NCBI GenBank assembly: GCA_016763695.1
Contig: JAESTH010000158.1
Coordinates: forward strand, 225 to 64,224
Reading direction: 5' to 3'
DNA length: 64,000 nucleotides
DNA from: Alcanivoracaceae bacterium
GTDB lineage: Bacteria; Pseudomonadota; Gammaproteobacteria; Xanthomonadales; Marinicellaceae
Within the stretch, counting starts at the first letter, position 1; each line of letters begins with the position of its first letter. Of the stretch, positions 37,966 through 45,854 are shown piece after piece. The position numbers and the translations under genes are program-made. The notes beneath the pieces are model-generated. The model searched no databases, was not told the origin of the DNA, and saw only the letters and a program-made list of their open reading frames with translations.

Positions 37966-37990
37966 GGAAAAAAGAATGATTCTTTTCTCC
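37966..37990 (-). terminator. intergenic hairpin between the precursor gene and lanB (candidate partial terminator/attenuator)
   Basis: The minus-strand RNA reads GGAGAAAAGAAU-C-AUUCUUUUUUCC. The arms are 12 nt with one G-U pair, followed by UUUC. It is AU-rich, so it is probably weak. Confidence 0.4.
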
Positions 37991-38015
37991 TTTTTAAAAA
38001 GTTATACTTTCTTAC

Positions 38016-38189
38016 TTATTTGACATCACCATTATTGCTTGTGCACATAAGTGTAGTGATAGTAAGACTGGGTGGTGGTGGATCGTTAGGGTCTCCGATT
38101 GTTCCACCAGCAACTAGATCCAGTTCTGAAGGAGTGAGATCCCGAATAGTGGTTTTTTCGATCGCAAATTGATTGTTTAAATCTTTCAT
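38016..38189 (-). CDS. RiPP precursor peptide (LanA-like), 57 aa: 29-aa leader ending in a double-glycine motif plus 28-aa Thr/Ser/Pro-rich core with one Cys
   Basis: Sequence MKDLNNQFAIEKTTIRDLTPSELDLVAGG|TIGDPNDPPPPSLTITTLMCTSNNGDVK. AAGG lies about 9 nt upstream of the ATG at 38189. The gene is 95 nt upstream of lanB on the same strand. Confidence 0.75.
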   Translation of the reverse strand: MKDLNNQFAIEKTTIRDLTPSELDLVAGGTIGDPNDPPPPSLTITTLMCTSNNGDVK

Positions 38190-38291
38190 AATGTTTACCT
38201 TTTTAGTAATTATTTTAATATGCCTAATAAGTAATTTAATTATCACCTTTAAGCAGTTAACTATGAGTTGTCTAACTCAAGAGCAATACCT

Positions 38292-38310
38292 GATAACAGT
38301 TGTTGTTATC
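38292..38310. promoter_or_regulatory. 7-bp inverted repeat GATAACA-N5-TGTTATC upstream of the precursor gene (candidate operator)
   Basis: The arms are exact. The site lies about 100-120 nt upstream of the precursor ATG. Confidence 0.35.
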
Positions 38311-38348
38311 AAGTAGGCAAACGGAATAATAATATACTTAACGATTAA

Positions 38349-38399
38349 ATCAACGACATGCCCTAATAGTGATATTTTTAGTCCCAATATATAAAATTC
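38349..38399 (-). promoter_or_regulatory. upstream regulatory motif copy B (paralogue of 34646-34698)
   Basis: The minus strand reads TTGGGACT-N-TAGGGCATGTCGTTGAT with the same 21-bp spacing. Shared flanks are TTTATAT and CATGT(G/C)GTTGAT. Confidence 0.5.
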
Positions 38400-38521
38400 A
38401 ATTCTTTTTCCTGTAATGGTTGATTATCCTGTGGCATTAATATTAAACAGATAGTTCAGCTAAAATTTATCTAACTTTGTTATAATACTGTTTTTGAAGG
38501 CATAGCATCGAGAGATAAAAT

Positions 38522-39100
38522 ATGAAAAAAATTAATTTAGTCATTATTTCAGGCGTATTTCTGTTTGTGAGTGCCTGCGTCACTATTAATGTATATTTTC
38601 CTGCGGCTGAGGCTGAAAGTGCTGCTGCAAAAATTGTCAATAAAATTATTGGCGAAGACGATAATGCAGGAGTCAGTGATGATGGTAATCCACAAAGTTA
38701 TCATTTTAATCCGTTAAACTGGTTTATTTCGTCTGCTCATGCAGAGGTGAATATCAATATTTCTTCACCTGCTATAACTGAAATTACCAACAGAATGAAA
38801 GGCCGCTATGATAATGATCTAAAGATTTATTTAGATAAAGCCATTATTGGCTTCACTAATCAGGGTTTTATTGAGATTCTGGAAATCAAAAAACTGGGTT
38901 TAAAAGACAGACAAAGAATTAAAAAACTGGTTGCTGATGATAACCATGATCGTGAGGCATTGTATCGTGAGCTGGCGGTGGCAAATGGTCATGCTGACTG
39001 GGAGGATTCAATACGCAATGTCTTTGTCAAAACATGGAAAAATCAAGCGCATAAAGGTTGGAAATACCAGAATGCAGATGGTTTATGGCAAACTAAATAA
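38522..39100 (+). CDS. YdbL-family periplasmic protein (DUF1318)
   Basis: Signal or lipoprotein-like N-terminus (FLFVSAC). The C-terminal DNHDREALYRELAVANGH ... WKNQAHKGWKYQNADGLWQTK is typical of DUF1318. Confidence 0.65.
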   Translation: MKKINLVIISGVFLFVSACVTINVYFPAAEAESAAAKIVNKIIGEDDNAGVSDDGNPQSYHFNPLNWFISSAHAEVNINISSPAITEITNRMKGRYDNDLKIYLDKAIIGFTNQGFIEILEIKKLGLKDRQRIKKLVADDNHDREALYRELAVANGHADWEDSIRNVFVKTWKNQAHKGWKYQNADGLWQTK

Positions 39101-39111
39101 ATAAATTCTAC

Positions 39112-39146
39112 AAAAGTGGTGTTTTACTATAAAATGCCACTTTTTC
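39112..39146 (+). terminator. possible rho-independent terminator
   Basis: Stem AAAGTGG / CCACTTT with a long loop, followed by TTTTC. Confidence 0.35.
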
Positions 39147-39165
39147 ATTCACACAGTAGAATAAT

Positions 39166-40491
39166 ATGGCACGTCAACGCAAAAGAAAATTAATGGAACA
39201 GCCCATAGAAGTCACCATTGAAGATTTAAGTCATGATGGACGTGGTATTGCTCGTATTGAGGGCAAGGTGATGTTTGTTAATGGTGCATTGCCTGGTGAA
39301 AAAGTGCTGGTAAAACATATAGGTGGCAATAAAAATTTTGAAGAAGGCATTGCTATTGAGGTTTTGCAGGCATCAGTAGACAGGGTTGAGGCACAATGCC
39401 AGTTTTATGATGTGTGTAATGGTTGTACCATGATGCATTTGGCACCCGAAAAGCAAATTGCATTTAAGCAAAACACATTAAAACAAAATTTGTTGAAAAT
39501 GGCGAAAATTCAGCCAGAATCATGGTTGCAGCCATTAACGGATAAATCTTGGCATTATCGCCGTCGTGCAAGGCTTTCGGTGCGTTGGGTGATTGCCAAG
39601 GATAAGGTGTTGGTTGGATTTAGAGAAAAAAATGGTCGTTATGTGGCGGATATGGATTATTGTGAAATTTTGCATGAGCCATTAGATGCTTTGTTAAAGC
39701 CACTGTCAACAATGATTGCACAATTAAGAATCAGACAGCATATTGCTCAAATTGAAGCATCTGTAGCCGATGATGATGTGGCTTTGATTATTAGACACCT
39801 CAAGCCAATTGGTAGCGAAGATGAAAAAATTATGCTTGATTTTGCTGAAAAACACAATGTACGCATTTACTCGCAATCAAAAGGACCAAAAACAATCTTC
39901 GAAATGACGGCAAAGCAAAGACCGTTGTATTTTGATATGGCTGAATATAAAATCAGAATGGAGTTTTTACCCAGTGATTTTATTCAGGTTAATGCTAAAA
40001 TGAATATCAAGATGATAGCACAAGCCATGTCTTTATTAAAAATCAATAAAGATGATGTGATTCTGGATTTGTTTTGTGGTTTAGGGAACTTTACTTTGCC
40101 ACTGGCAAAAAATGTCAAGACGGTTGTTGGTATTGAAGGCGAAAAATCATTGGTACAGCGCGCCATGCATAATGCCAGTTTGAATAAACTGGATAATGTC
40201 AGCTTTTATGAAGCCGACTTACGTAGAAATCATGAGAATTCAGAATGGTTTCAGAAGGATTACACAAAGGTGTTGATAGACCCACCGAGAAGTGGAGCAT
40301 GGGAAGTGTTGCCGCTTATAGCATCTACCAATGCAAAATATTTACTTTATGTATCATGCCACCCTGCCAGTCTGGCTAGAGATGCAGATAGATTAGTGAA
40401 TGAGTTAGGCTATAAACTAGTTAATGCGGGTGTGATGGATATGTTTCCTCATACTTCACATGTTGAATCAATGGCTTTATTTGTCAGATAA
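39166..40491 (+). CDS. rlmD: 23S rRNA (uracil1939-C5)-methyltransferase RlmD
   Basis: N-terminal TRAM domain (IEDLSHDGRGIARIEGKVMFVNGALPGEKV). Fe-S Cys cluster (CQFYDVCNGC). SAM fold DLFCGLGNFTLPLA. Catalytic region SCHPAS. Confidence 0.85.
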   Translation: MARQRKRKLMEQPIEVTIEDLSHDGRGIARIEGKVMFVNGALPGEKVLVKHIGGNKNFEEGIAIEVLQASVDRVEAQCQFYDVCNGCTMMHLAPEKQIAFKQNTLKQNLLKMAKIQPESWLQPLTDKSWHYRRRARLSVRWVIAKDKVLVGFREKNGRYVADMDYCEILHEPLDALLKPLSTMIAQLRIRQHIAQIEASVADDDVALIIRHLKPIGSEDEKIMLDFAEKHNVRIYSQSKGPKTIFEMTAKQRPLYFDMAEYKIRMEFLPSDFIQVNAKMNIKMIAQAMSLLKINKDDVILDLFCGLGNFTLPLAKNVKTVVGIEGEKSLVQRAMHNASLNKLDNVSFYEADLRRNHENSEWFQKDYTKVLIDPPRSGAWEVLPLIASTNAKYLLYVSCHPASLARDADRLVNELGYKLVNAGVMDMFPHTSHVESMALFVR

Positions 40492-40563
40492 CAATTGCAT
40501 TCAGTTTTATTTCAGCAGGTTTATGTTAATATATTTTAAACGTTATTTATTTAAGGATTTCAT

Positions 40564-41349
40564 ATGAAATTATTGGCACTGATTTTTGCTTATGCGATAA
40601 GTCACTTTATTACCAAGCCACAAAGATTTCGGCTTTTTGGATGGTTTAAATCCTGGTCTGTGTGGTTAAGTAAAAAGCTGCACTTCATGCAAAATGAATT
40701 CATCATTATCATTATTATTGCGCTACCAGTGATGGTTATCAGTGTGTTTTTAATGAATATCTTTACCTCTGTACTAGGTGGTTTGTTGGTTGCAATAATG
40801 GTGTTGAGTTATTGTATTGGTCCAGAAAGTTTAGAAGAAGACTTTGAAAGTGGTGAGTTACGTAAAAGGATCGGGGTAAGAGCCAACGCCAAGATACCAG
40901 TATTGATAAAGAAAATTACGCAGGTATCATTACGACGCTGGTTCGGTGTGTTTTTCTGGTATGTATTATTGGGTATTGCTGGAGCATTAATATATAGATT
41001 CAGTGAAAGATTAGATGCTTTTACTAAGAATGATGAGGAAATAAAACCAGCAATAGACAGGCTAATAAAAATACTAAATTATCCCGTTGCATGGATGATG
41101 GTGGTTTCACTTGCTATTGCCAGTGACTTTGAGCGTATATTTAAGAAGTGTAAGCCATTTATGAACCTGAATAATCTAACATCTATGGATGACTCATTCC
41201 TATATGAAGCAGCAGACTTTGCGGTGGAGAATTGTGAGGTTGAGTCTGATGAAGAAAAGTGTATTGAGCATGTTTCTATCCGTGTTTTAAAAAGAATGCT
41301 GGTGGTTTGGCTGGTTTTTGTATCTATATTAGTAATTTTGGCAGTTTGA
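40564..41349 (+). CDS. AmpE-like inner-membrane protein
   Basis: 261 aa. Its TM layout and motifs (RRWFGVFFWYVLLGIAGALIYRF, ILNYPVAWMMVVSLAI) resemble AmpE/CobD-type proteins. The call is from memory. Confidence 0.45.
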   Translation: MKLLALIFAYAISHFITKPQRFRLFGWFKSWSVWLSKKLHFMQNEFIIIIIIALPVMVISVFLMNIFTSVLGGLLVAIMVLSYCIGPESLEEDFESGELRKRIGVRANAKIPVLIKKITQVSLRRWFGVFFWYVLLGIAGALIYRFSERLDAFTKNDEEIKPAIDRLIKILNYPVAWMMVVSLAIASDFERIFKKCKPFMNLNNLTSMDDSFLYEAADFAVENCEVESDEEKCIEHVSIRVLKRMLVVWLVFVSILVILAV

Positions 41350-41359
41350 GGATTTTTTA

Positions 41360-41980
41360 ATGAGTAAGATTTTAATTATAATAACGTTTATATTTGGTTG
41401 CATGAGTAGTGATGTGTTTGCCAAGAAAAAACTCTATAAATGGGTCGATGACAAAGGGCAGGTTCATTATAGTGATCAGGTACCCCCTGATCAAATAAAG
41501 AAGAAGCATGAAGAGTTAAATGAACAAGGTGTGGTTGTGGAAAAAGTAGCAAATGCCAGAACCAAAGAAGAAATACAGGCAGAAAAAGATATAAAATTGG
41601 CGCAGATTGAGGCTGATAAGTTGGCAGCATTCAAGCAGAAACAACGGGATATTGTCATCAAATCTTACACAAATGAGAAGGAGATAAACCGGTTGAAGAA
41701 TGAAAGACTGGCAGCACTGGAGAGAAATATTGAACTGGCTCGTCAAAGTCTGGATTTTCAAAAAAATAGTAAAGAGCAGTTGCTATCAATGGCTGCAGAT
41801 AATGAAAGAAATGGCATAGAAGTGTCTAAAGCTTTAAAATCAAGAATAAGGACTATTAAAGAAAAAATTGATTATCAGATCAAGTTTATTGTGACTAAAG
41901 AGGGTGAAATTGAGAAGGTGAAAGATAAATTTTTAAATGATCTGAAAATTTACCGTGAAGCGGTCGGCGGCAATGACTGA
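41360..41980 (+). CDS. DUF4124 domain-containing protein with coiled-coil C-terminus
   Basis: Signal peptide, then the KLYKWVDDKGQVHYSDQVPPD motif characteristic of DUF4124. Confidence 0.65.
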   Translation: MSKILIIITFIFGCMSSDVFAKKKLYKWVDDKGQVHYSDQVPPDQIKKKHEELNEQGVVVEKVANARTKEEIQAEKDIKLAQIEADKLAAFKQKQRDIVIKSYTNEKEINRLKNERLAALERNIELARQSLDFQKNSKEQLLSMAADNERNGIEVSKALKSRIRTIKEKIDYQIKFIVTKEGEIEKVKDKFLNDLKIYREAVGGND

Positions 41981-42157
41981 TTTTTATTGGCAGATGTGGG
42001 TTATAAAAGACGCCAATAAAGCTATTGTTCAAAAGGATTATTTGAAAATTGTATGGATAAACCAATTAATCGTCATATAAAACTGGATTATTATTTTATC
42101 ATTGCATAAAATACCTACCGATTATTTATATATACACCACAAGAGGTACAAAACAAC

Positions 42158-42397
42158 ATGAGCGATTATGAAAAACGCGTAAAAGATATTATTGTAGAGC
42201 AATTGGATTTAGACGTAGATGTGTCTGAATTAAATAACAGTTCTTCATTTGTTGATGATTTAGGAGCTGATTCTTTAGATACTGTTGAATTGGTGATGGC
42301 GCTGGAAGAAGAGTTCGATTGTGAAATTCCTGAGTCAGATGCAGATAAAATTACTACAGTTCAACAAGCTATAGATTACGTATCAGCTAACGCTTAA
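42158..42397 (+). CDS. acpP: acyl carrier protein
   Basis: 79 aa with the phosphopantetheine attachment motif [20 protein letters not shown]. Confidence 0.95.
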   Translation: MSDYEKRVKDIIVEQLDLDVDVSELNNSSSFVDDLGADSLDTVELVMALEEEFDCEIPESDADKITTVQQAIDYVSANA

Positions 42398-42422
42398 TTA
42401 TATAAACTATAGAAACATTAAA

Positions 42423-42452
42423 AAGCTGCGTAAAAAACTACGTGGCTTTTTT
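42423..42452 (+). terminator. possible terminator/attenuator between acpP and fabF
   Basis: Imperfect stem AGCTGCGT / ACGTGGCT, followed by TTTTTTT. Confidence 0.35.
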
Positions 42453-42504
42453 TAATTTTGGGGGTTTTATGTAATGCCCTCTTTATTAAGGAGACATAAA
42501 TATT

Positions 42505-43743
42505 ATGAGCACTCGAAGAGTAGTTGTTACAGGTATGGGAATTGTTTCCCCTGTTGGAAATTCATTAGATACTGCCTGGACTAATATCAAAGAAGGTAAT
42601 AGCGGCATTGGTCAGCTTAGTCATTTTGATGCCAGTGATTTTGCATGTACAATTGCAGGTGAAATTCGGGATTTAGATGTCGAAAAATACATAAAGAAAA
42701 AAGATATAAAAAAAATGGATCCCTTTATGCATTATGGAATTGTCGCAGGGGTCGATGCGATAAAGGATGCTCAATTAACTGTCACTGATGAGAATGCACA
42801 TAGAATAGGGGTCTATTTAGCTGCAGGTATTGGTGGTATTTATGGAATCCAAAAAACCACAGAAACTTGGATGGCCAAAGGCCCAAGAAGAATATCTCCC
42901 TTTTTTGTACCAAGCACAATTATAAATATGGCAGGTGGGCACTTGTCTATTATGTATGGGTTGAAAGGGCCGAGTTTATCAGCAGTGAGCGCCTGTTCTA
43001 CCGCTACACATAATATTGGTCTGGGTTTTAGAACCATTGTCTATGGTGATGCGGATGTGATGATTTGTGGGGGCTGCGAATATGCAACTACTCCACTGGC
43101 TATTGGTGGTTTTGCTTCGGCTAAAGCACTTTCTACTCGAAATAATGATCCGCAAGCAGCATCTCGTCCATGGGATAAAGATCGTGACGGCTTTGTTTTG
43201 GGTGATGGAGCGGGTGTTTTAGTGTTGGAAGAATATGAATATGCAAAATCCAGGGGAGCTAAAATTTATGCAGAAATTTCAGGATTTGGTATGAGTTCAG
43301 ACGCCTATCATATGACCTCGCCAGCTCCTGGTGGAGAAGGTGCGTCCCGCTGTATGGTCAATGCCATGAATGATGCAAAAGTCAATCCAGGACAAATAGA
43401 TTATATCAATGCGCATGGTACTTCAACACCATTAGGAGATAGAGGTGAAAGTGACGCCATCAAAGTGGCATTGGGTGAATCTGCTTACAAAACGGCAGTG
43501 GGCTCTACAAAATCCATGACGGGACATTTATTAGGGGCGGCTGGAGGTGTTGAAGCAATATTTAGTTTAATGGCAATTAAGGATGGTGTCATGCCAGGTA
43601 CAATTAATTTGGATAATCCTGGTGAGGGTTGTGATTTGGATTATATAGCCAATGAATCAAGAGATGCAAATGTGAATTTTGCCATGTCGAACTCATTTGG
43701 TTTTGGTGGCACTAACGCTAGCTTAGTATTTAGAAAAATTTAA
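42505..43743 (+). CDS. fabF: beta-ketoacyl-ACP synthase II
   Basis: 412 aa. Active-site Cys context SAVSACSTATH. His motifs NAHGTSTPLGD and GHLLGAAG. C-terminal NSFGFGGTNASLVF. Confidence 0.95.
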   Translation: MSTRRVVVTGMGIVSPVGNSLDTAWTNIKEGNSGIGQLSHFDASDFACTIAGEIRDLDVEKYIKKKDIKKMDPFMHYGIVAGVDAIKDAQLTVTDENAHRIGVYLAAGIGGIYGIQKTTETWMAKGPRRISPFFVPSTIINMAGGHLSIMYGLKGPSLSAVSACSTATHNIGLGFRTIVYGDADVMICGGCEYATTPLAIGGFASAKALSTRNNDPQAASRPWDKDRDGFVLGDGAGVLVLEEYEYAKSRGAKIYAEISGFGMSSDAYHMTSPAPGGEGASRCMVNAMNDAKVNPGQIDYINAHGTSTPLGDRGESDAIKVALGESAYKTAVGSTKSMTGHLLGAAGGVEAIFSLMAIKDGVMPGTINLDNPGEGCDLDYIANESRDANVNFAMSNSFGFGGTNASLVFRKI

Positions 43744-43751
43744 GGGTCTAA

Positions 43752-45053
43752 GTGTCAACAAAACATAGAGTCAAGTTACAGCATAAACCTGACCTAGTCA
43801 ATTTAGCTCGTTTGTTCCCTGAAAAGTTTCCAGCGTTACTTAATAGCCATATTCACAATAATAAAACGGGTCGATTCAGTATTCTTTTTGCTCAATCTGG
43901 TCAACTGATCAAGGCCTCAACCTTAACTGAATTATCTGATTTGTTTACAGGTTTTGATAAAGGAATAAAAGCCAGTGGTGAAGATGATTTGCCTTTTAAT
44001 TCTGGCTGGTTTCTTTATATGGGTTATGCCAGTATTATGGCTTGGGAACATTCACTCACTGAAATAAAACATGATGAAAATCAGCCCTTGGCCATTGCTA
44101 TCCGCTGTCAGTCTGCAATAATTATTGATCACATTAAAGATGAATCGTGGCTTGTGGCCGATTCAGAGGCGAGGGTTTTAGAATTAGAGAAATTGTTGGA
44201 TAAACCAATAAAACATTACCGCCTTACAGAAAATAGGCTCAAAGTCTTCGCTGATGATGTGAAAGCTTACATAGACAATGTCAAAATTGCTAAGGATTAT
44301 ATAAAGTCAGGAGATGTCTATCAGGTTAACTTGTCTAGAAAATGGAGTCTTGAGTCTTCCAGAGATATCGATGTTTTTTCTTTGTATGAGTCATTATCCA
44401 GGCACAATCCAGCTCCTTTTGCTGGTTTGTTACAAATCCCTGGTTTTGCGGTGATCAGTTCTTCTCCTGAAAGGTTAATTAAAGTCAATAATAACACTAT
44501 TGAAACGCGGCCAATTGCAGGTACCCGACCAAGAAGCGACAATAAGCTGGAAGATCAGCAGTTGATAAAGGAATTGATCAATCACCCGAAGGAGCAGGCA
44601 GAACACATTATGTTGATTGATCTTGAAAGAAATGACCTGGGCAGAGTGAGTCAAACTGGTAGTGTTAAGGTTGATGAGTTTATGGTTATTGAGTCCTATG
44701 CAAAAGTCCATCATATTGTTTCAAATATCACTGGCAAACTGGCTGGAGGAACTACCTTCTATGATGTGATAAAGGCATCTTTTCCTGGAGGTACTATTAC
44801 TGGTTGTCCTAAAATAAGATGTATGCAAATCATAGATGAACTGGAAAAACAGCCAAGAGGCGCTTATACTGGATCTATGGGGTATATAACTGATGATGGA
44901 AGAATGGATTTAAATATCCTGATAAGAACATTCACCTTATCTGAACAAGAGCTGTCTTTTCATGCAGGTGCGGGAATAGTGCATGATTCAATTGCCGAAA
45001 ATGAAGCACAGGAATCATATTATAAGGCGCAAGCCTTGATTAATAGTTTGTGA
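43752..45053 (+). CDS. pabB: aminodeoxychorismate synthase component I
   Basis: Chorismate-binding family motifs (SSSPERL, RPIAGTRPR, LIDLERNDLGRV, FPGGTITGCPK, GAYTGSMGY). GTG start. It is adjacent to pabC. Confidence 0.8.
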   Translation: MSTKHRVKLQHKPDLVNLARLFPEKFPALLNSHIHNNKTGRFSILFAQSGQLIKASTLTELSDLFTGFDKGIKASGEDDLPFNSGWFLYMGYASIMAWEHSLTEIKHDENQPLAIAIRCQSAIIIDHIKDESWLVADSEARVLELEKLLDKPIKHYRLTENRLKVFADDVKAYIDNVKIAKDYIKSGDVYQVNLSRKWSLESSRDIDVFSLYESLSRHNPAPFAGLLQIPGFAVISSSPERLIKVNNNTIETRPIAGTRPRSDNKLEDQQLIKELINHPKEQAEHIMLIDLERNDLGRVSQTGSVKVDEFMVIESYAKVHHIVSNITGKLAGGTTFYDVIKASFPGGTITGCPKIRCMQIIDELEKQPRGAYTGSMGYITDDGRMDLNILIRTFTLSEQELSFHAGAGIVHDSIAENEAQESYYKAQALINSL

Positions 45054-45059
45054 AATATA

Positions 45060-45854
45060 ATGAAATTTTATGCATCATTTCAAATAACTGCTCAAAACTG
45101 TTTAATAAATAGAGCTATTAGTTATGGCGATGGTGTGTTTGAAACAATGCTGATTTGTAAGCATGATATTCCTTTATGGGCGTTTCATTATCAAAGATTA
45201 GAGGCAAGTATGATCCGTTTACAAATTCACCCTCTTGTTGAACATGAAATTCATCATAAAATAATGTCATTAATTGCTGATGATAAGTTATATATTGTAA
45301 AATTGGTGGTCTTCAGAGATGATGTTAAAAGAGGATATGCCAGTGCTTCAAATGATGCAAAATATTTTATAACGGTCAATCCGTATCAAAAAGCTGTAGT
45401 ACAGGATAAGCTTACCATCAGTCGTGTAAAGCTCTCCAGGCAAAAGAAATTAGCAGGGCTAAAACATTTAAATCGTCTGGAGCAAGTATTGGCAGCACAG
45501 GAGCTGACTGGTGGTCATTATAATGATGCATTGATGTTAGATAAAGACAATATCATCATCGAGACAATTAGTAAAAACATTATTTTAATAAAAGGTGAGC
45601 AATTATATACGCCAAAACTGAATAAATGTGGTGTTTATGGAGTTGCTCTGAGATGGTTGCAGGCTCAAGGTTTTAAATTAAATTGGAAAAAAATTGAATT
45701 TAAAAGCCTTGCTCAGTATCATGGCTTTATGGTTTGTAATAGCATTCAGGGCTTTAATGAAATAAAAAGTATTGATGAGAGGTTTCAATTTAAATGCAAT
45801 CACGCTATTGTAGAAAAAATAAAGCTTAAATGGCAAAGACAGGTAAATACTTAA
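45060..45854 (+). CDS. pabC: aminodeoxychorismate lyase (class IV aminotransferase fold)
   Basis: 264 aa with N-terminal YGDGVFET and a KHLNRLEQVLA region. It occupies the conserved fabF-pabC-mltG position. Confidence 0.75.
   Translation: MKFYASFQITAQNCLINRAISYGDGVFETMLICKHDIPLWAFHYQRLEASMIRLQIHPLVEHEIHHKIMSLIADDKLYIVKLVVFRDDVKRGYASASNDAKYFITVNPYQKAVVQDKLTISRVKLSRQKKLAGLKHLNRLEQVLAAQELTGGHYNDALMLDKDNIIIETISKNIILIKGEQLYTPKLNKCGVYGVALRWLQAQGFKLNWKKIEFKSLAQYHGFMVCNSIQGFNEIKSIDERFQFKCNHAIVEKIKLKWQRQVNT

Noticed and set aside
37960-38172. Plus-strand 70-aa ORF overlapping the precursor gene.
   Set aside because: It is antisense to a gene that has coherent leader/core logic. Its Gly/Ser/Val-rich sequence is the mirror of the Pro/Thr-rich core, and it has no start context.
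38016-38246. The 76-aa ORF-track version of the precursor gene (start MIIKLLIRHIKIITKKVNIM...).
   Set aside because: The extra 19 residues are a basic, low-complexity read-through of AT-rich upstream DNA. The internal ATG at 38189 has a better-placed AAGG and yields a leader of typical length, so I annotated the 57-aa version.
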